Assembly (NCBI GenBank): GCA_950097015.1
Contig: CATNEN010000003.1
Location: 9,672,001-9,736,000, forward strand
Direction of reading: 5' to 3'
Origin: Macrostomum hystrix
Lineage: Eukaryota > Animalia > Platyhelminthes
DNA: 64,000 bases
A program made the position numbers and the translations under genes. Below the pieces are notes generated by a model. It made no database searches. It had not been told where the DNA came from and saw only the letters and a list, made by a program, of their open reading frames with translations. Below are positions 12,993 to 24,890 of this stretch, piece after piece (the stretch's first letter is position 1; every line of letters begins with the position of its first letter).

Positions 12993-13685
12993 TTTGTCCA
13001 GTTAACAGGACAAATAACATCTACCTAAAAATAAATGCACAAATCCAGGACCACTTGAAGGACAGCTCTTTATAAGTAAGTCCACTATACTAAAAATGAA
13101 ATGGTTGGTTGGTTGGTTGGTTGGTTGTAATTGATTTTCTCCCGAACGGCTCAACCGATTTTCACCATTTCTTCACCAAAAGATGCCAAATATGGGGACA
13201 ATTATACACGTATTTTTATTAAGCTTAACTTTATTGCTAAAGGGATTAAATATTCGAAAAACATGATTTTTCAAAGGTCAAACATCTTGGCCTATTGAGA
13301 ATTTTACTCACTGCCACTGAATTAGAATTGCATCGTCAAATTGCGCAACAACCCCTAGCTGATTGAATTTAAAGCCTGCACTCTGGAGACAAATTGGAAA
13401 TAAATGTACACAACCAACCGCGAAACTGAGTGTACTCTATTTTCTCACTTTGTTGTACAAAGCCAGAACTTTGAGAATTCATTTTATAAGGCTGATTTCT
13501 GCACCCACTAACCAACAGTCGGAATAGCCGATGTGTAGGCACGAGGAATAAGTTAGGCTAGGCTAGGGTTCGATTCTGCACTGCGTCAAATCATTTAGAC
13601 TAATTTTCAGCCAGTAGTGTTTGAAGACTATTTTAATTTATTTTTTTCATTTCGTAAATAAAATATCATAAATCATAGCACACCG

Positions 13686-16600
13686 GCTAAAACAGAGTTT
13701 GAATCATGGCTAAACCAGAGTCTGAATCATGGCTAAACCAGAGTCTGAATCATGGCTAAACCAGAGTCTGAATCCTGGCTAAACCAGAGTCTGAATCATG
13801 GCTACACCAGAGTCTGAATCATGGCTAAACCACAGTCTGAATCAAGGCTAAACCAGAGTCTGAATCATGGCTAAACCAGAGTCTGAATCATGGCTTAACC
13901 AGAGTCTGAATCATGGCTAAACCAGAGTCTGAATCATGGCTAAACCAGAGTCTGAATCATGGCTACACCAGAGTCTGAATCATGGCTACACCAGAGTCTG
14001 AATCATGGCTAAACCAGAGTTTGAATCATAGCTAAACCAGAGTCTAAATCATGGCTAAACCAGAGTCTGAATCATTGCTACACCAGAGTCTGAATCATGG
14101 CTCATAGCTAAACCAGAGTCTGAATCATGGCTAAACCAGAGTCTGAATCATGGCTAAACCAGAGTCTGAATCATGGCTACACCAGAGTCTGAATCATGGC
14201 TAAACCAGAGTTTAAATCATAGCTAAACAAGCGTCTGAATCATGGCTAAACCAGAGTTTGAATCATAGCTTAACCAGAGTTTGAATCATGGCTAAACCAG
14301 AGTCTGATTCATGGCTACACCAGAGTCTGAATCATGGCTCATAGCTAAACCAGGGTTTGAATCATAGCTAAACAAGCGTCTGAATCATGGCAAAACCAGA
14401 GTTTGAATCATAGCTAAACCAGAGTTTGAATCATGGCTAAACCAGCGTCTGAATCATGGCTAAACCAGAGTCTGGATCATGGCTAAACCAGAGTCTGAAT
14501 CATGGCTAAACCAGAGTCTGAATCATGGCTAAACCAGAGTCTGAATCATGGCTACACCAGAGTCTGAATCATGGCTAAACCAGAGTCTGAATCATGGCTA
14601 AACCAGAGTCTGAATCATGGCTAAAACATAGTCTGAATCATGGCTACACCAGTCTGAATCATGGCTACACCAGAGTCTGAATCATGGCTAAACCAGAGTT
14701 TGAATCATAGCTAAACCAGAGTCTGAATCATGGCTCATAGCTAAACCAGAGTCTGAATCATGGCTAAACCAGAGTCTGAATCATGGCTACACCAGAGTCT
14801 GAATCATGGCTAAACCAGAGTTTAAATCATAGCTAAACCAGCGTCTGAATCATGGCTAAACTAGATTCTGAATCATGGCTAAACCAGAGTCTGAAACATG
14901 GCAAAACCAGAGTTTGAATCATGGCTAAACCAGAGTTTGATTCATGGCTACACCAGAGTCTGAATCATGGCTCATAGCTAAACCAGGGTTTGAATCATAG
15001 CTAAACAAGCGTCTGAATCATGGCAAAACCAGAGTTTGAATCATAGCTAAACCAGAGTTTGAATCATGGCTAAACCAGCGTCTGAATCATGGCTAAACCA
15101 GAGTCTGGATCATGGCTAAACCAGAGTCTGAATCATGGCTAAACCAGAGTCTGAATCATGGCTAAACCAGAGTCTGAATCATGGCTACACCCCCAGAGTC
15201 TGAATCATGGCTAAACCAGAGTCTGAATCATGGCTAAACCAGAGTCTGAATCATGGCTAAAACATAGTCTGAATCATGGCTACACCAGAGTCTGAATCAT
15301 GGCTACACCAGAGTCTGAATCATGGCTAAACCAGAGTTTGAATCATAGCTAAACCAGAGTCTGAATCATGGCTCATAGCTAAACCAGAGTCTAAATCATG
15401 GCTAAACCAGAGTCTGAATCATGGCTACACCAGAGTCTGAATCATGGCTAAACCAGAGTTTAAATCATAGCTAAACCAGCGTCTGAATCATGGCTAAACT
15501 AGATTCTGAATCATGGCTAAACCAGAGTCTGAAACATGGCAAAACCAGAGTTTGAATCATGGCTAAACCAGAGTTTGAATCATGGCTAAACCAGCGTTTG
15601 AATCATGGCTAAACCAGAGTTTGAATCATGGCTAAACCAGAGTTTGAATCCTGGCAAAACCAGCGTTTGAATCATAGCTAAACCAGAGTCTGAATCATGG
15701 CTAAACCAGAGTCTGAATCATGGCTAAACCAGAGTTTGAATCATGGCTAAACCAGAGTTTGAATCATGGCTAACCCAGCATTTGAATCATGGCTAAACCA
15801 GAGTTTGAATCATGGCTAACCCAGCATTTGAATCATGGCTAAACCAGCGTTTGAATCATGGCTAAACCAGCATTTGAATCATGGCTAAACCAGAGTTTGA
15901 ATCATGGCTAACCCAGCATTTGAATCATGGCTAAACCAGCGTTTGAATCATGGCTAAACCAGCATTTGAATCATGGCTAAACCAGAGTTTGAATCATGGC
16001 TAACCCAGCATTTGAATCATGGCTAAACCAGCGTTTGAATCATGGCTAAACCAGAGTTTGAATCATGGCTAAACCAGAGTTTGAATCATGGCTAAACCAG
16101 AGTTTGAATCATGGCTAAACCAGAGTCTGAATCATGGCTAAACTAGAGTCTGAATCATGGCTAAACTAGAGTCTGAATCATGGCTAAACCAGAGTCAGAA
16201 TCATGGCTAAACTAGAGTCTGAATCATGGCTAAACTAGAGTCTGAATCATGGCTAAACCAGAGTCTGAATCATGGCTAAACCAGAGTCTGAATCATGGCT
16301 AAACTAGAGTCTGAATCATGGCTAAACTAGAGTCTGAATCATGGCTAAACCAGAGTCTGAATCATGGCTAAACCAGAGTCTGAATCATGGCTTAACCAGA
16401 GTCTGAATCATGGCTAAACCAGAGTCTGAATCATGGCTAAACCAGAGTCTGAATCATGGCTACACCAGAGTCTGAATCATGGCTACACCAGAGTCTGAAT
16501 CATGGCTAAACCAGAGTTTGAATCATAGCTAAACCAGAGTCTAAATCATGGCTAAACCAGAGTCTGAATCATTGCTACACCAGAGTCTGAATCATGGCTC

Positions 16601-19410
16601 ATAGCTAAACCAGAGTCTGAATCATGGCTAAACCAGAGTCTGAATCATGGCTAAACCAGAGTCTGAATCATGGCTACACCAGAGTCTGAATCATGGCTAA
16701 ACCAGAGTTTAAATCATAGCTAAACAAGCGTCTGAATCATGGCTAAACCAGAGTTTGAATCATAGCTTAACCAGAGTTTGAATCATGGCTAAACCAGAGT
16801 CTGATTCATGGCTACACCAGAGTCTGAATCATGGCTCATAGCTAAACCAGGGTTTGAATCATAGCTAAACAAGCGTCTGAATCATGGCAAAACCAGAGTT
16901 TGAATCATAGCTAAACCAGAGTTTGAATCATGGCTAAACCAGCGTCTGAATCATGGCTAAACCAGAGTCTGGATCATGGCTAAACCAGAGTCTGAATCAT
17001 GGCTAAACCAGAGTCTGAATCATGGCTAAACCAGAGTCTGAATCATGGCTACACCAGAGTCTGAATCATGGCTAAACCAGAGTCTGAATCATGGCTAAAC
17101 CAGAGTCTGAATCATGGCTAAAACATAGTCTGAATCATGGCTACACCAGAGTCTGAATCATGGCTACACCAGAGTCTGAATCATGGCTAAACCAGAGTTT
17201 GAATCATAGCTAAACCAGAGTCTGAATCATGGCTCATAGCTAAACCAGAGTCTGAATCATGGCTAAACCAGAGTCTGAATCATGGCTACACCAGAGTCTG
17301 AATCATGGCTAAACCAGAGTTTAAATCATAGCTAAACCAGCGTCTGAATCATGGCTAAACTAGATTCTGAATCATGGCTAAACCAGAGTCTGAAACATGG
17401 CAAAACCAGAGTTTGAATCATGGCTAAACCAGAGTTTGATTCATGGCTACACCAGAGTCTGAATCATGGCTCATAGCTAAACCAGGGTTTGAATCATAGC
17501 TAAACAAGCGTCTGAATCATGGCAAAACCAGAGTTTGAATCATAGCTAAACCAGAGTTTGAATCATGGCTAAACCAGCGTCTGAATCATGGCTAAACCAG
17601 AGTCTGGATCATGGCTAAACCAGAGTCTGAATCATGGCTAAACCAGAGTCTGAATCATGGCTAAACCAGAGTCTGAATCATGGCTACACCCCCAGAGTCT
17701 GAATCATGGCTAAACCAGAGTCTGAATCATGGCTAAACCAGAGTCTGAATCATGGCTAAAACATAGTCTGAATCATGGCTACACCAGAGTCTGAATCATG
17801 GCTACACCAGAGTCTGAATCATGGCTAAACCAGAGTTTGAATCATAGCTAAACCAGAGTCTGAATCATGGCTCATAGCTAAACCAGAGTCTAAATCATGG
17901 CTAAACCAGAGTCTGAATCATGGCTACACCAGAGTCTGAATCATGGCTAAACCAGAGTTTAAATCATAGCTAAACCAGCGTCTGAATCATGGCTAAACTA
18001 GATTCTGAATCATGGCTAAACCAGAGTCTGAAACATGGCAAAACCAGAGTTTGAATCATGGCTAAACCAGAGTTTGAATCATGGCTAAACCAGCGTTTGA
18101 ATCATGGCTAAACCAGAGTTTGAATCATGGCTAAACCAGAGTTTGAATCCTGGCAAAACCAGCGTTTGAATCATAGCTAAACCAGAGTCTGAATCATGGC
18201 TAAACCAGAGTCTGAATCATGGCTAAACCAGAGTTTGAATCATGGCTAAACCAGAGTTTGAATCATGGCTAACCCAGCATTTGAATCATGGCTAAACCAG
18301 AGTTTGAATCATGGCTAACCCAGCATTTGAATCATGGCTAAACCAGCGTTTGAATCATGGCTAAACCAGCATTTGAATCATGGCTAAACCAGAGTTTGAA
18401 TCATGGCTAACCCAGCATTTGAATCATGGCTAAACCAGCGTTTGAATCATGGCTAAACCAGCATTTGAATCATGGCTAAACCAGAGTTTGAATCATGGCT
18501 AACCCAGCATTTGAATCATGGCTAAACCAGCGTTTGAATCATGGCTAAACCAGAGTTTGAATCATGGCTAAACCAGAGTTTGAATCATGGCTAAACCAGA
18601 GTTTGAATCATGGCTAAACCAGAGTCTGAATCATGGCTAAACTAGAGTCTGAATCATGGCTAAACTAGAGTCTGAATCATGGCTAAACCAGAGTCTGAAT
18701 CATGGCTAAACTAGAGTCTGAATCATGGCTAAACTAGAGTCTGAATCATGGCTAAACCAGAGTCTGAATCATGGCTAAACCAGAGTCTGAATCATGGCTA
18801 AACTAGAGTCTGAATCATGGCTAAACTAGAGTCTGAATCATGGCTAAACCAGAGTCTGAATCATGGCTAAACTAGAGTCTGAATCATGGCTAAACTAGAG
18901 TCTGAATCATGGCTAAACCAGAGTCTGAATCATGGCTAAACTAGAGTCTGAATCATGGCTAAACCAGAGTCTGAATCATGGCTAAACTAGAGTCTGAATC
19001 ATGGCTAAACCAGAGTTTGAACCATGGCTAAACCAGAGTTTGAATCATGGCTAAACCAGCGTCTGAATCATGGCTAAACCAGCGTCTGAATCATGGCTAA
19101 ACCAGCGTCTGAATCATGGCTAAACCAGAGTTTGAATCATGGCTAAACCAGAGACTAAATCATGGCTAAACCATCATCATCAGCATGGCTAAACTAGAGT
19201 TTGAATCATGGCTAAACCATCATCATCAGCATGGCTAAACTAGAGTTTGAATCATGGCTAAACCAGAGTCTGAATCATGGCTAAACCAGAGTTTGAATCA
19301 TGGCTAAACCAGAGTTTGAATCATGGCTAAACCAGACTTTGAATCATAGCCAACCAGAGTTTAAAACATGGCGAAACCTGAGTTTGAATCTTGGCTAACC
19401 CAGCGTTTGA
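13686..19410. repeat. 5.7-kb satellite array, 23-bp unit GAATCATGGCTAAACCAGAGTCT, with higher-order structure
   Basis: Roughly 250 units; diagnostic variants recur at ~633-bp and ~2.5-kb offsets. Confidence 0.97.
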
Positions 19411-22400
19411 AAAATCAATTGATTCGCACCAGGTTCTGAAATTGCGTGCTAATGTTGTCAAAGAGATCTGCCAGCCTCAGCGCTCAGTCTTAGTGAACGA
19501 ATTTCCTCATCTGCAAGGCTTGGACTTAGCGGATCCGTACGACCCGCGTGATGCAAGCACACCGATCTCGATCCTAATTGGCGCTGATCACTACTACGAT
19601 ATTGTCGGTGGTGAAGTCGTTCGTGGGCGGGATGGACCAGCAGCTGTGTCGTCCAAGCTGGGATTCGTTCTCTGTGGACCAGTGAAACTTGGAGACACAT
19701 TGTCTAGTCGCTCCAGTAGTGCCACGCTTGAAGGCCAGCTCCACGCAACTCAAGCTCTATGCTGCTCTGCTGCTGATCCGCTTGTCATACGAAAAACGCA
19801 TGAGTGTGAACTCTCAGACTTCTGGAGACTCGACACGCTTGGTATCCTAGGAACTCAGCATGAATCGTCAGTCGATGCATTTGCCTGTGAACCTCAGCTG
19901 GTCAATGGACGCTATGAAGTCAAACTTCCGTGGAAGCTGCCGCAAGAGTCTCGATCGCTGAAAGATCACTTCGACATGGCATACAAACGCCTGAGCTCGT
20001 CGGTGCGTGCTCTTTCCCGGAATCCCGACATCGTCGAGAAAGCGAACCAGATCATTAGAGAACAGGAGGCGAGTGGCATTATTGAGAAAGTTCCTGGCAC
20101 AGATCTGCAGGAGTCCGTCGACTGTCACTATCTACCACACAGTTGTGTGACTAAGATGGACAGTGAAAACACGAAGTTGCGGATTGTCTTCGATGGCTCT
20201 GCACGTGCTGGTCACGGAGATTTCTCCATTAATGACCACCTTCAAGTGGGCCCGACCGACCTTCCCAGAATTCCAGCGATTCTTATTCGCTTTCGTCGCA
20301 ATCCAGTTGCTGTTCTGGGAGATATTGAGAAGGCCTTCCTTCAAATCTCTATTCATGCTAGCGAACGTGACAAGCTGAGATTCTTATGGCCTGATCCTGA
20401 TAACGAACAGCAAATTTTGCATTATCGGTTCTGTCGTCTGCCTTTTGGCTTGACATGCTCACCAGGTATTCTGAGAACGACCATTCTACATCTAGTTGAC
20501 ACGCACGAGTCGGTCTTTCCGCAGTATGCTCAAATCATTCGACAAGACCTCTACGTCGACAACTTAGTGACCAGTTGTAAGTCTGAGGCTGAGGCTCTCG
20601 ACCTCTACAGTGCAGTCAAACGTCTGTTTGGCCTAGCAGACATGAACATGCGACAGTGGATGTCGAATTCTGACATTTTCAACCAAGCACTGCCGGCTCA
20701 GGATGTTGGTCACGCTGCCAAAGTCTTAGGTATTCAGTGGCACGCAGACCGAGATGCGTTCACCTTGGACTTTCGCGAGTTGGCGAGTCAAACAGAGAGA
20801 CCCTCTTCAAAACGCAACATGCTTCGCCTACTCGCGACTGTGTATGACCCAATCGGCATTCTGGCACCCGCCGTGATTATTGCAAAGGTGTTACTGCAGC
20901 AGTTGTGCATCCGGAAAGTCGAGTGGGATGACAATCTTCCGCTGGATATTGATCAGGCCTGGACATCGTGGCTAAAGTCCTGGTCCAACAGCGTTTTTGA
21001 GGTCCCTCGCTACATTTTTCAGGCGTTAGATTCCTTTCCAAGCAACATCGAACTTCACGGCTTCTGCGATGCAAGTGAGACAGCCTTTGCTGCATGCATC
21101 TATGCCCGCGCCAAATCTGAATCTGGCGGTATCTCTACGACGCTGCTCTTGGCAAAATCGCGTGTCGCTCCACTTTCGAATCTGTCCATTGCTCGGTTGG
21201 AGTTACTGGGTGCACTCATCTTAGCACGCCTCATGCATCTCACGTCACAGCAATTTCCTGACGCTGCTCGCTTCTTGTGGACAGACAGTTTAACTGCGCT
21301 CTGTTGGATTAAAAACACCGACAAGCTACGCAAGTTATTTGTGCAAAATCGGGTCAAGGAAATTCGCAGTCTAACAGCGGTCTCGGAGTGGCGACATGTG
21401 CCAGGTGAGCAGAATCCAGCAGATATCCCATCTCGTGGTTGCTTGCCAGTCAAGCTTCGTGATAATTCGACTTGGTTCCATGGACCGCCATTCCTGCTGA
21501 CTGACCAATACCCCTCTGCTGAGCGCACAGATCTTCCAGCACCCGTTCGCGAAGCCGTTGAAGTCGAATCTGCTAAGGTGCTTAGTGTGACAGCTTCCGA
21601 CACAGAGCATTCGGATAGCGTGGCTCTTGACCCACCGGGTTATGGCATCTCAACGCTTCTGGAGATCAAACGTTTCTCTTCATTCAACAGGTTGCTCCGC
21701 GTGACATCATGGGTCAGGCGGTTCATCTTTAACATGCGTGCTTCTGTGACGAGTTTGCCACTGCTCCAATCTACGTTTCTAACGGCAGCTGAGCTGAACG
21801 AAAGCGAAGTCTTGTGGCTTGGCGCAACTCAGCGGGCGGCCTTCGAAAAGGAGTTCAACCATTTACTTGGAAAGACAGCGACCACACCGCTTAACAGAGA
21901 TCTGAACCTGTTCGTTGACAGCAACGGCCTGCTTCGTTCCCAAGGCCGCATTGGTGAAGTGTTCTCATTTCAAACCAATAATCCCATTCTGATCCCACGG
22001 CACAGTCGTCTCGAGCAGCTCGTTATTGAGCGAGCTCATCGGTCTGTCGCACATGGGGGAGTGGCGGCTACGCTATGCAAAATCCGAGAGAAGTTCTGGA
22101 TACTCAAAGGCCGTCAGAGGGTGAAGCAGGAGCTTTCGCATTGTGTTGTATGCCGGAAGATGCAAGGTCGCGCTTACTCAGTGCCTGTTATTCCCCAATT
22201 GCCGCAGTTTCGGTTGTCAGATGTACGTCCCTTCCAGACGGTCGGTCTCGACTATTTTGGTCCGATTTTATATCGGACGGGGGAGGGTGATGGCGCTAGC
22301 CAGCTGCTGTCTAAGGCGTACGTCTTACTCTTCACGTGCTCATCCTCTAGAGCAGTGCACCTAGAGCTTCTGCCAGACCTGTCGACTCAGCAGTTTTTGC

Positions 22401-23158
22401 ACGGACTTCGACGTTTCGTAGCGCGTCGAGGCATTCCTTCCTTAATTAGCGATAATGCGAAGACTTTCCGGTCTGCTGCACGAATCCTCGGTGCAAGCAC
22501 TAGTGAGCAAGTGCAATCTTTCTGCGCTGAGAAACGAATTGTCTGGCAGTTTATTCCCGAGAAGGCCCCTTGGTGGGGTGGATTTTGGGAACGACTCGTC
22601 GGTGTGGTGAAAAGCGCTCTGAAGAAAAGCGTCGGTCGCGCACAGCTCGGCTTCGATCAGCTGGCCACAACAACAATAGAAATAGAAGCTGTCGTCAACA
22701 GTAGACCGCTGCTTTACGTCTCCGCAGATGACAAGAGCGAAGTCATTACACCCTCACACTTTCTGAGTGGTGTACGTCTTACTCTTGAGCCTGACAAGTA
22801 CTCTGAATTTTCGTCCGTTGTGCTGCCACTTTCGAGCCGTCTTAAATTGCTTCGAAAGGCGTTGAATTCATTTTGGGACGTCTGGCACACGTCGTATGTC
22901 ACAGCCCTCCGGGAGAAGTCGTTAAAGGTGCAAGGTGGGGGCCCGGAGCCCAAACCTGGCGATGTTGTCGTCGTCAGCGGCGAGCCGCGCCAACCTAGGC
23001 TGTCGTGGAAGTTGGGTGTGATTGAGTCAGTCTGCAGAGGTCGGGACGGTTTCTGTCGCTCGGCTCTAGTGCGGGTAGTCAGTGGTGTAGGGGGTCGAAG
23101 GTTGAAGCGCATTAGACGACCAGTGCGGGCCTTAGTGCCACTTGAAGTCTCTGAATAG
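19391..23158 (+). CDS. BEL/Pao pol fragment: C-terminal protease region, RT, RNase H, integrase
   Basis: 1255 open codons. Motifs: ILIGADHY, KLRIVFDGSA, DIEKAFLQI, RLPFGLTCSP, YVDN, LHGFCDASE, ARLELLGA, WTDS, NPADIPSRG, H-x4-H...CVVC, LDYFGP, ISDNAK, PWWGGFWERLV. The first codons (TTG start) derive from satellite, so there is no real start. Confidence 0.92.
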   Translation: MANPAFEKSIDSHQVLKLRANVVKEICQPQRSVLVNEFPHLQGLDLADPYDPRDASTPISILIGADHYYDIVGGEVVRGRDGPAAVSSKLGFVLCGPVKLGDTLSSRSSSATLEGQLHATQALCCSAADPLVIRKTHECELSDFWRLDTLGILGTQHESSVDAFACEPQLVNGRYEVKLPWKLPQESRSLKDHFDMAYKRLSSSVRALSRNPDIVEKANQIIREQEASGIIEKVPGTDLQESVDCHYLPHSCVTKMDSENTKLRIVFDGSARAGHGDFSINDHLQVGPTDLPRIPAILIRFRRNPVAVLGDIEKAFLQISIHASERDKLRFLWPDPDNEQQILHYRFCRLPFGLTCSPGILRTTILHLVDTHESVFPQYAQIIRQDLYVDNLVTSCKSEAEALDLYSAVKRLFGLADMNMRQWMSNSDIFNQALPAQDVGHAAKVLGIQWHADRDAFTLDFRELASQTERPSSKRNMLRLLATVYDPIGILAPAVIIAKVLLQQLCIRKVEWDDNLPLDIDQAWTSWLKSWSNSVFEVPRYIFQALDSFPSNIELHGFCDASETAFAACIYARAKSESGGISTTLLLAKSRVAPLSNLSIARLELLGALILARLMHLTSQQFPDAARFLWTDSLTALCWIKNTDKLRKLFVQNRVKEIRSLTAVSEWRHVPGEQNPADIPSRGCLPVKLRDNSTWFHGPPFLLTDQYPSAERTDLPAPVREAVEVESAKVLSVTASDTEHSDSVALDPPGYGISTLLEIKRFSSFNRLLRVTSWVRRFIFNMRASVTSLPLLQSTFLTAAELNESEVLWLGATQRAAFEKEFNHLLGKTATTPLNRDLNLFVDSNGLLRSQGRIGEVFSFQTNNPILIPRHSRLEQLVIERAHRSVAHGGVAATLCKIREKFWILKGRQRVKQELSHCVVCRKMQGRAYSVPVIPQLPQFRLSDVRPFQTVGLDYFGPILYRTGEGDGASQLLSKAYVLLFTCSSSRAVHLELLPDLSTQQFLHGLRRFVARRGIPSLISDNAKTFRSAARILGASTSEQVQSFCAEKRIVWQFIPEKAPWWGGFWERLVGVVKSALKKSVGRAQLGFDQLATTTIEIEAVVNSRPLLYVSADDKSEVITPSHFLSGVRLTLEPDKYSEFSSVVLPLSSRLKLLRKALNSFWDVWHTSYVTALREKSLKVQGGGPEPKPGDVVVVSGEPRQPRLSWKLGVIESVCRGRDGFCRSALVRVVSGVGGRRLKRIRRPVRALVPLEVSE

Positions 23159-23872
23159 CTATTTGTTGTTTCAGTGTATGCCTTGAAGTTTCCATAATCA
23201 ATGTGAAATAAACTTCAAGCAAATTTTCTTGTGCTTTGTCCATTTAAGATTGTAATTCATTCGCTTATCCAGTCTCTCATCCGTGCTTATCTCGTATTAG
23301 CGTTAAGTAATTTCGCCTATGGTGTTGGTGTATTTATTAAAATTTCTTCACCAGTCAGCAATGGCTACTCACTCTAAACTGTTACGCATGCTTGTTACTT
23401 CGCTCGTGTTTCGCCTTGGTGTTGGTGTATTTTTCCCCATATTTTCAATCCAAAAAACCATGCTTATTCCCTTTGAACTGTCACGCCTGCTTTTGAGCAA
23501 GGTCTCGTTTTATTAAATTTTTCATGAAAAATGGTTCCCATTTTTGGGGGAGTGTCGCGGAAATCATTATTGTTAAACTGTTATCTATCTATTATCGATT
23601 TTTCCCCGTGTCCCTTTCCATACTGACCCCCCCTCCAGTCTAGCTTCTGCACCCACCTTGTTTTCTCTCCCTCTACGCACGTTATTGTATGTTAACCCCA
23701 ATGTACATCCACCCAGGGTTTCGTACCCTCTTTTGTCTCTCCTCACTGTCGGCCCCAATTCCTTCCTTGCATATCGAAATATAATATAGTTAGAGGCCCG
23801 GGGCAAGGCCTTTGTCGGTCGTTCACTTTTCTAGCCCGTTCAAATCAATTAGTTAACCTCATTTTCTTAACA
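19411..23872 (+). mobile_element. BEL/Pao LTR retrotransposon, 5'-truncated, with PPT and 3' LTR
   Basis: pol ORF ends at 23158; PPT GGGGGAG at 23546-52; putative 3' LTR 23553-23872 (TGTCGC...TTAACA). No gag or 5' LTR present. Confidence 0.88.
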
Positions 23873-24890
23873 ACTGGGGAGTTATCATCAAAATGGGGAT
23901 CATGGTGAACTGGGGGGATCATGGTAAACTGGGGGATAATTGTCGACTGGGGGATCATTGTCAACTGGGGGATCATTGTCAACTGGGGGATCATTGTCAA
24001 CTGGGGGATCATTGTCAAATGGGGGATCATTGTCAACTGGGGGATCTTTGTCAACTGGGGGTTCATTGTCAACTGGGGGTTCATTGTCAACTGGGGGATC
24101 ATTGTCAACTGGGGGATCATTGTGAACTGAGAGATCATTGTCAACTGGGGGTAATGGTCAACTGGGGGATAATTGTCAACTGGGGAATCATCATCAACTG
24201 GGGATCATCATCAACTGGGGGATCATTGAGAACTGGGGGATCTTTGTCAACTGGGGGATCATTGTCAACTGGGGGATCATTGTCAACTGGGGGATCGTTG
24301 TCAACTGGGGGATCGTTGTCAACTGGGGGTTCATTGTCAACTGGGGGATCATTGTCAACTGGGGGATCATTGTCAACTGGGGGATCATCATCAACTGGGG
24401 GATCATTGTCAACTGGGGGTTCATTGTCAACTGTGGGATCATTGTCAACCGGCGGGATCATTGTCAACTGGGGGATCATTGTCAACTGGGGGATCATTGT
24501 CAACTGGGGGATCATTGTCAACTGGGTGATCATCATCAACTGGGGGATCATTGTCAACTGGGGGAACATTGTCAACTGGAGGAACATTGTTAACTAGGGA
24601 TCATCATCAATGGGGAGACTTCATCAACTGGGGGATTATTGTGAACTGGGGGATCTTTGTTAACTGGGGGATCATTGTCAACTGGGGGATCATTGTCAAC
24701 TGGGGATCATTGTCATCTGGGGGATCATTTTCAACTGCGGGATCATTGTCTACTGAGGATCATGGTCAACTGGGGATCATTGTCAACTGGGGGATCATTG
24801 TTAACTGGGGGATCATTGTCAACTGGGGTATCATTGCCAACTGGCGGATCAATCTCATCTGGGGGATCAATGTCATCTGGGGGATCATTG
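23873..24890. repeat. Minisatellite, 18-bp unit GTCAACTGGGGGATCATT
   Basis: Tandem array starting immediately after the LTR end. Confidence 0.95.

Noticed and set aside
13520-13590. B-box GGTTCGATTC suggesting a tRNA or Pol III gene
   Set aside because: The A-box is weak and there is no cloverleaf; at most a SINE-head remnant.
13686-19410. CRISPR-like periodicity of the 23-39 bp arrays
   Set aside because: Units are contiguous with no unique spacers, there are no cas genes, and the context is spliceosomal and eukaryotic.
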